Of a stretch of DNA of 64,000 nucleotides, positions 41,401 to 64,000 are shown one piece after another. Under the pieces are notes generated by a model. That model made no database searches and was not told where the DNA came from. It saw only the letters and a program-made list of their open reading frames with translations. Made by a program: the position numbers and the translations under genes. Source of the DNA: Pecten maximus (taxonomy: Eukaryota). The stretch spans positions 35,402,001-35,466,000 of the forward strand of contig NC_047023.1 of assembly GCF_902652985.1 (NCBI RefSeq), in the 5' to 3' direction. Position 1 is the first letter of the stretch. The number at the start of each line of letters is the position of its first letter.

Positions 41401-41724
41401 CCAAACCAGAATGTGATAGATATGAATACTGGGGTACCAATGACTGTACCAGTCGAGAGTAGTATGCTTCAACAGTTAGGAGATACAAGACAAAGTCTCA
41501 AAGCTCCAGTGCCCTTCTTTATTTCTGATCATCACTTGTCCAAGCTTCAACATCCTGATAACATGGTGGATTCCTTAGGAGGTCGTGGCGACGCAGATAT
41601 CCTGGAAACCTTGCCAAAGCCAAAAAAAGTTATAATGTCAGCCAACTCAAGTGTAAGGAAAAAGCTGCGATTAACACCTAAAAGTTCTATACATCAGGAG
41701 AATGCAGCTTCCTACGATACATAA
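38480..41724 (+). CDS. Protein with one N-terminal PAH-like (Sin3-type paired amphipathic helix) domain, a basic NLS-like stretch and a long S/P/T-rich tail, ~690 aa; exons (38480-38488?), 38614-38763, 39210-39355, 39954-41724
   Basis: The spliced frame is continuous (phases 0, 0, 2). ALLNMIKVNYFGKTEIYKTLLAVL..IQLLLADHQDLARSLISFLP fits the PAH pattern; the 596-codon ORF covers the last exon. The N-terminus and the weak AAG|GTCTTA donor are uncertain. Confidence 0.75.
39440..39700 (+). mobile_element. Decayed copy of the 17809-18432 HINE core family
   Basis: TTCTTCTGAATAACCAAGAGGCCCAGGG..GTAGCATGCT..ATGACCTTGAC..GGTCACATG matches the repeat at 18036-18160. Confidence 0.6.
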
Positions 41725-43488
41725 TGTTTCTTACATTGCAAAGTTTCATATCTCCAGTTATTGTCTATTTTCACAAAAATGTCCATATTACTAATTTACT
41801 GTCTACTGTAAGCTACATCATTAGTAATAACTAACATGTTCCCAATTATGTCTGTTTTAATTGCATGTTATTCATACAGTCATGTACCTATCTATAATTG
41901 CAAGCTACATACATGTAGCAAGTATTTTTGTGAAATTAATGTTACTATAATTTAACATAATAATTATGTATTTACAATATATGTTGGTTTTTATTGCCTG
42001 TCATTTATACTTATCATCTGTCTACATTTTCATTTCTCATATTTAAGACTGTTATATGTATTAATATATATGTTTATGCATTGTATATATATTTTTAAAT
42101 TACTCTTGTAAATGATACTAAATTTTTAAAAATGTTTCAAATAGTTTCATGAAATTTTTATGACAACAAAAAGACTGATTATTCACTGAATATGTGAAGT
42201 GAACCATAATTGGGATATTGCGGGAATCATCTTCATACTTACTGGCCTGTAAAATATTTAAAGTGTTAAAAATCTTCTCGATATATTTGTCGGGTACCAG
42301 TGAAATTGCACATTAAGTGTACCTCCAGTTAAACTAGATATGCTGTACCATAAATAGGTCACTGTGACTTTGACATGAAAGTCCAAGCAGTACATAATTA
42401 TGAACCAGTCTTCAGAGTAAAACTCACAGGTTGTATGCACTTTATAAATAAGACGTTACATAGTATCAACATGAACCAGAATATTTCTACCAAAATGAGC
42501 TAAATGTAAAAACAATGTATGTAGATAGTTTATCACTTCTAACATTTAACAACAGCAAAAATATTTTTAAAGTAATTTATTTCTGAATCATAGTGCTATT
42601 ATTTGTACATATATATGTAAGTCTGAAAACAAGTTCACATCACAAATGAAAAAAAACCTGTCAAATATGAAGCTTTCAATCATCTGTACAAACACATCCC
42701 ACAATCTTCCACGCAATAGACATTCAGAATCCATTTTATCCATTTTTACAACTATACATTGAAACACTATCACACAAAGCTAATCAGACATACTGACTTA
42801 AAATAAGGTTGTATTCATACACGAGTGTTTACAAATCAATCACGAATGCCAACATTTATATTTTTACATCAAAACATGTCTTAAAGGACACTGGTATCTT
42901 CAAAAAAATCTGGTCTCTTCCAACACAATTCCATATCATGACTTACTTTGGAAACTATCCTGTAAGTCCTGTCTGTTCTGACACCTATGCGTACATGATA
43001 TCCTTCCCACTGTATAAACAGTGTATAAACAGCTAGTGTAACTAGCAATAGACTAGAATGAATAATACTCATTCAAAAGTTTGTTTACAGCTAAATATAT
43101 ATATGTTTCTATGATATGATTTTGGTTCATAACCAAAGTCAAAAAAATATTTCTGCAGGATTCTTTCTGTCATTGGACCAAGTATAATAATGTCATGTAC
43201 TGGCACACGTATACAGGTAGTCTGTTTTGGAAGATGATTTGAGGGATGCAGTGGTTAAGTCTGACAACAGATTTTACTGGGTTTCATGATAAAAGTTGAA
43301 TTACTGTACAGTATATTTTGATATTTACAATAACAATAACTGTTCTTTGTTCGGTTTTCTCTTTTTGTACATATCAATAAAACTTAAAATTATTGATGCC
43401 TAGCTTCAGTTCATCATTAACACTCAGAAACATCAGACGTTGTCTCTATTTTTAGTATAAAGGTTAATATCTGCTGCCATATATACAG

Positions 43489-43579
43489 TCATCTTCACTA
43501 ACCAAGTGTGTTCAATATGATGCTCACCTTGCTGAAAAGGAGAGCATCATATTGGAACACACTTGGCTAGTGAATATGA
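43489..43579. other. ~91-nt near-perfect inverted repeat (hairpin); candidate pre-miRNA/hpRNA or fold-back remnant
   Basis: TCATCTTCACTAACCAAGTGTGTTCAATATGATGCTCACCTT pairs with AAGGAGAGCATCATATTGGAACACACTTGGCTAGTGAATATGA around a ~6-nt loop. Confidence 0.6.
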
Positions 43580-46568
43580 TGTACAGTGTACATATGTATT
43601 TTAGATTCAGAATGCTGATTTTCCAAAGTTTCGTAACTTTGAATTACATTTAATTTATACCTTGATCAGGTTCCAAAAAAAAAAAAAAAAACGGTTTAAT
43701 GATTTTATGTTCATCTAAGTAGGAGGGTATTCAAACGACTTCTTACAGAATGTACACCAACTATGGTCACTTCCATTTATCACAGTCTGAATGTTTAACT
43801 GATTATAATGGAGTTGATTAGTTATGAAATAAGGACAGACCTAGTCGTCTTATGTAGATAAATACTTTCAAGGCTTCAAGGCCTGTATTAAAATCTTAGG
43901 ACAGAGACCTAGTGGACTTATGTAGCTTTTACACAAGCCTTGATAAATACTTTCAAGGCATCAAGGCCTGTATTAAAATCTGCATCGTTAATTACTTCCC
44001 TACCTGCTGTTTAACATACTTGTTCTCATTCATTGATACTCTTCATGTTGAATTGTGGCATACTGTTTAATAATTACTTGTAAGCAAAGACATTCAAATG
44101 TATTTTATTGAAATAACTAGTGCTGTCTTACCTTTCATGGTTTTCAGTGAATCAAAATTGTTTTGAAAAGTGGTTTCATAATTAAATTTTTTACTTTTTA
44201 AAAAAAAAAAATATAGATATGTAAAATTTGTTGCAGATTTTACAACATGTTTCTTGTTAACTGCTGTAACTGTTATATAAGTAAGAAAATAAGTAATGAT
44301 GCATTCTTACCAAGCATGACAGCAGTATGGAAAAAAATTCCACTAGACAAAAAAATTTAAAAAGTCAATATTGACTTTATAACACATTTTAAAATAACCG
44401 GCCATGGTATTTGATTTTCTATACATTTAATGTGTTTTGAATACAAATAACATTTAATACAGGCAAGTGTAAAATAATACCAGATGTATGGTATATCTGA
44501 ACACTGGACGTATACACCCACAAAAACACCAACACAAGATTTATTGTGTGAATAAGACATAGAGAATAGTTGTGTATAATAATTGTGAAATTACTGAAGG
44601 TTGTACAAAATAAATATTTGTAAATAGAACATTTCTTCTACTTTATATTTCTATCTGAAAAACTAATTTAAAGTCAAACATGTACTACCAGTTTCTCTGA
44701 TTTATTAAATACAGTCATTAGTTTCATGCAGGGATCAATTTGTTTTAAATAACTCTATATCGCTACATGTATACAGTCTGTACATATAATACAAACAAAC
44801 AAACAAAAAAAACCCAAAAAACTCAGTTCTAGCAATGCACATGTATATTCTTCATGTACAAGATAATCATTTTCTCAACATGATGAAGTTCTATATCAAT
44901 GATTCAATTCAGATAACATGAAAAAAGCTAGATTCACAACATTTGAATTAATTGAGATCCTCCGACCTCAAAAAATTAATACTTTATATATTTTAAGAAC
45001 AAAAATACTTTTTATATATATTTATAAAGTACCTGTTGTTTTATCATAGTAACATTTAAAGAAATCATCACAGAATATTGCAATTTTAAATTAAATCTAT
45101 CACATATCAAAAATACTCAATACATGTATATAAGCATGTAAATACTTGGAGAACTTTAAATCAGATTGATTATACCAGGTATACAGTACAATACCAAAAA
45201 TATTTGGTCACAATGGCGATGTGTTTGTGTTGTCAAACCACCTGTTATAAATTGCCTTGACCTTGTCACAGACTTTAAATGTGATCTGACTGAAGAGACA
45301 CCTTGCAAAGTATTGAATGTATACAAGTGTGTAATATTGTTGTACATGTATTTAAGTTTTTTTTATCAATGTGTGAACACGTCATTATGACCAAATACTT
45401 GTGGTACTGGTGAAACACAATACAACATAAAGAATGATGTTTTTAAAATGAATTCACAGTGTTTGGTTCCCTTACTTTTAAAGATACATTTACACAATGA
45501 AAGTGATTTGAATAACAAAATATCATATATGAAGTTCTCTTCACTTTCCCTTAGACTAAAAATTATCTCGATGCCATGTCAACATAAGAAAACAACATGC
45601 TTAACAATCACAGTACAAGTACATCCCAATAAATTGGCATAAATACCTACTTCTCTAATGATACAAGAGTTGTGGGACTACAAGAACATGTTTGATTTCC
45701 TCCTTAGTTGATCAGCTATTAAATATAAGAAACTAGCCTTGGGAGTAATGATGTTTTTTTTCCCTTTTTTCAAAATAATATTTTGGAGACAAAAATTTTC
45801 TAAATTCTTTCTAAAGCTACTTTTGCATATATACATGTATTTACAATCTAATACATGTACATGCACTTGGATTTATTTTGAAACTTATTAAAACTGACCA
45901 CCATTATGAAGTTATTAAATTAACTGAGACAAAAAACATAGAAGAGGTATGTAAAGTTGTTTAACTTATGAACGGAATTTGTGAACAGTTAATACGGGTA
46001 TTCATAGAACAAGAGAGGTAATTAAGTTTGGCATAAACCATAGTCACCACGTATTTCTCTCATATACGATTTCACTGCTTTGCCGATGAAAACCTATCTC
46101 GTCATTTAGACGGCTATTGTCTTTTAAAAATAGCAATAATGAAGGACGACAATGATAATGGCTTTCCTAGTAATATATCTACCTAACAGGAGGAATCAAG
46201 GTTTGTCTAACAGGGACCACTAAAGAAGTGATTTAATTTAAACAGTACCATGATTTTTTATGATAAGCCACATTTTCTCCATCACCCACTCTGCATAGAA
46301 TTTCTTTATTTCTGGAGTCCTTCAGTATATGATATATCTAATTTATTTTACTGCTAACTGTACTAGTAATAGCCCTATTTATAAACAGACTGTAGTTTGT
46401 TCACTTTCATATGATTTAAGAAATATACTGAAAATTCTTCATATTTTCACAAAACGTGTCGCCTTTAAAATTCATTTCAAATACCTTTCATACATGAACA
46501 TTTATTTAATTTTGTACATGTGCCCTTGCAATCCTTGATCGAATGAGATTAAGTCCATGGTTAACGCT

Positions 46569-61939
<15,371 letters not shown>

Positions 61940-62694
61940 TATGAAGCGGTAATAGCTGCAATGCACTCATCCACTCCAGTGAAATCTTCACAGAGAGAAA
62001 TGTTTTGAAACGCCGGTTTCCAAAAATCTGCATTTGTTGCACAATTGACTACGGTATCCGCTCTTTGCTTTGTCTTACATTCCAGTCTACTAAGTTTTGA
62101 CAACACATCTTTCTTTCTGATTTTACACGAACTTCTCAATAACCATTAGAACAATATCCACGTAACGCAACAAAACACATTGCCAAGTTTACGGAAGTCT
62201 GTTGTTGCAAACCGGATGTGAAAATCTGATCACAAGGCATGCGCAGCGGAAATGCAAAGAGTAATGGCTGCGCCCATGGTTTACTTTCCGGAGCATGATA
62301 GAAGAACTTTTCTTACCTTTGACAAGAGAGTCACACTTCACTTGACGAGATTATGTTCACAGAAGGGCATATTTACAACAATTGCATTGTTTTGTGACAA
62401 CGAGAAAGACATTTTATCTTAAAAACGGAAGTTGACATGCAGCTGATTTTTTCATTCATTCATTCCTAAATTTAGTACGCCATCCAACACTAAAATATAT
62501 CAATATACCACTCCAAGAAGATCGACAGTTAGAAGGGAAACGATGCATTATTCACTCTTGAGAATTCGTACATGTCATGTTGCGGAATTGTTCTGGTGTG
62601 AATATCAATAGATGAGTATGCATTCAATGTGAGAAGTTTTTGACAACTTGCCAAATGTAGTTTTCAGTCTTTATCCAACATAGAAGAGACATAT
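61940..62694. promoter_or_regulatory. Bidirectional promoter/5' UTR region shared by SLC30A5 and IPO11
   Basis: Start codons diverge 755 bp apart; ETS-like CGGAAGT motifs (~62192, ~62425), NRF1-like GCATGCGCA, minus donor AAG|GTAAGA near 62317, plus acceptor ttttcag| at 62667. Confidence 0.65.
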
Positions 62695-63996
62695 ATGACA
62701 ATGGAGGCCGGCAATGCCGGACCATTGGTACTAGAAACTTTGGCCAATGCGTGCAATCAAAATGCATGTGTGTTTAAAACAGCAGAGAAACAGCTACAAG
62801 ACTGGGAGATACAGCCTGGATTTTATACCATTTTATCTGTGAGGAATTTTCTGTCATAAATGATACATTTGGATGATTAAGCATGACAACTTCGTTTTGT
62901 TTTTTGATTGGTTTCCTTATATGATCATGATATAAAGGACACAATATTAATGTATAAGGAGTTATTTACTTTATAAAGGGCTGCACTGGTGCAGTGCTTC
63001 CAGTATATATGAGATGTGACTTTTGCATTGGAAGGACATATATACCACACTTAAAAAAATTGGTAAAAGCCAATTGGAAGTCCTGAAAAGAATGATTGTA
63101 TTTGTTTTCTAACAAATATCAAGTTTTAGATTGTTTATTCTAATTTGAATAAAGTAAAACTCAAGTAAAAAAATCTTTACATTAAAGAAATACATGGATG
63201 TGTATTCCATTTTCAAGATTTTCCATATTTAAAAAAATGTTTAACAGTTCAAATTTATATTAAGCAGCATATATAAAGTGTAGAGCATTAATGTTGCATT
63301 TTTTTTTTTTAGGAAATATTCTGCAACCATGAGTTGGATGTGAATGTACGATGGCTGGCTGTCATGTATGCAAAGAATGGGGTGGAAAGATACTGGAGAA
63401 GGAATGCCCCTAAGTATGCTATCAGTTGGAAGTCCCGTGTAGCATGTGCAAATAAGTTGAAAATGTTTTCATGACCAAGACATGTTCAATATTAATAGTG
63501 ATCTGTAGGCACTTAATCATTGAGTTTATGAAAAAAATTCTTGTATTGCTCTCAGATATATATACATATCATTTTCAGTTTTAAACTATGTTTTGCAAGT
63601 GAAATGTTGTTCAAATTGTTTTTACATACTGGTACACCTGTCTCATTTTTATAAGAAACTTAAAATTCACATGAATTGCATTAATTTTGAATTAAATGTG
63701 AATTCATTGAGGATGAATACATGATCAAACAGTATTTTATTGATGACTTCAAGGGTTATCAAGAGTTATCTCCTCAGAAATTGTATGTGAATGCAATCAG
63801 TAGAATTTCAAAGGCATTTTGACCTATGTTAGATCTTTTACCCCAGTAATAATAAGCTCTACTGTGATGTGAGCATTGTACTTAAATTTATTATTATAAA
63901 AGTTGAAATGTGATTTTCTTTAGTGCAATTGCCGAATCAGAAAAAGATGGAATAAAACAAAGACTGCTGTCCAATTTCACAGAACCAGTACATCAG
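62695..63996 (+). CDS. IPO11: Importin-11, first three coding exons (62695-62838, 63313-63413, 63924-63996); continues beyond the window
   Basis: MTMEAGNAGPLVLETLANACNQNACVFKTAEKQLQDWEIQPGFYTILS-EIFCNHELDVNVRWLAVMYAKNGVERYWRRNAPN-AIAESEKDGIKQRLLSNFTEPVHQ matches the importin-11 N-terminal IBN_N region; phases 0 and 2 are consistent. Confidence 0.95.
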
Positions 63997-64000
63997 GTAG

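Noticed and set aside
43834-43980. Short imperfect direct duplication (GGACAGACCTAGT..GGCCTGTATTAAAATC)
   Set aside because: An ordinary local duplication with no other structure.

Overview
AT-rich eukaryotic (animal) genomic DNA, most likely a bivalve mollusc (inferred from the repeat families and protein style). It is not prokaryotic, so most entries in the ORF track are spurious or single exons. Six genes alternate in orientation as three head-to-head pairs: (1) the 5' part of an unidentified minus-strand gene running off the left edge, paired with an FBXW2-like F-box/WD40 gene (17206-26953, +); (2) an uncharacterised ~292-aa gene (36833-31206, -), paired with a gene encoding a single Sin3-type PAH-like domain plus a long disordered tail (~38480-41724, +); (3) a complete 16-exon SLC30A5/ZnT5 zinc transporter (61939-46569, -) with a U12-type intron, paired with the first three coding exons of importin-11 (62695 onward, +). 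Introns and intergenic DNA hold Helentron-associated non-autonomous elements (HINE-like) with satellite-like cores, including an abutting and nested three-element cluster, three TIR MITEs (Tc1/mariner-like, hAT-like, and a CAC..GTG element with a 5-bp TSD), SINE remnants, five minisatellites and a pre-miRNA-sized hairpin. Exon coordinates were derived by eye from splice signals and frame continuity; no database searches were run.
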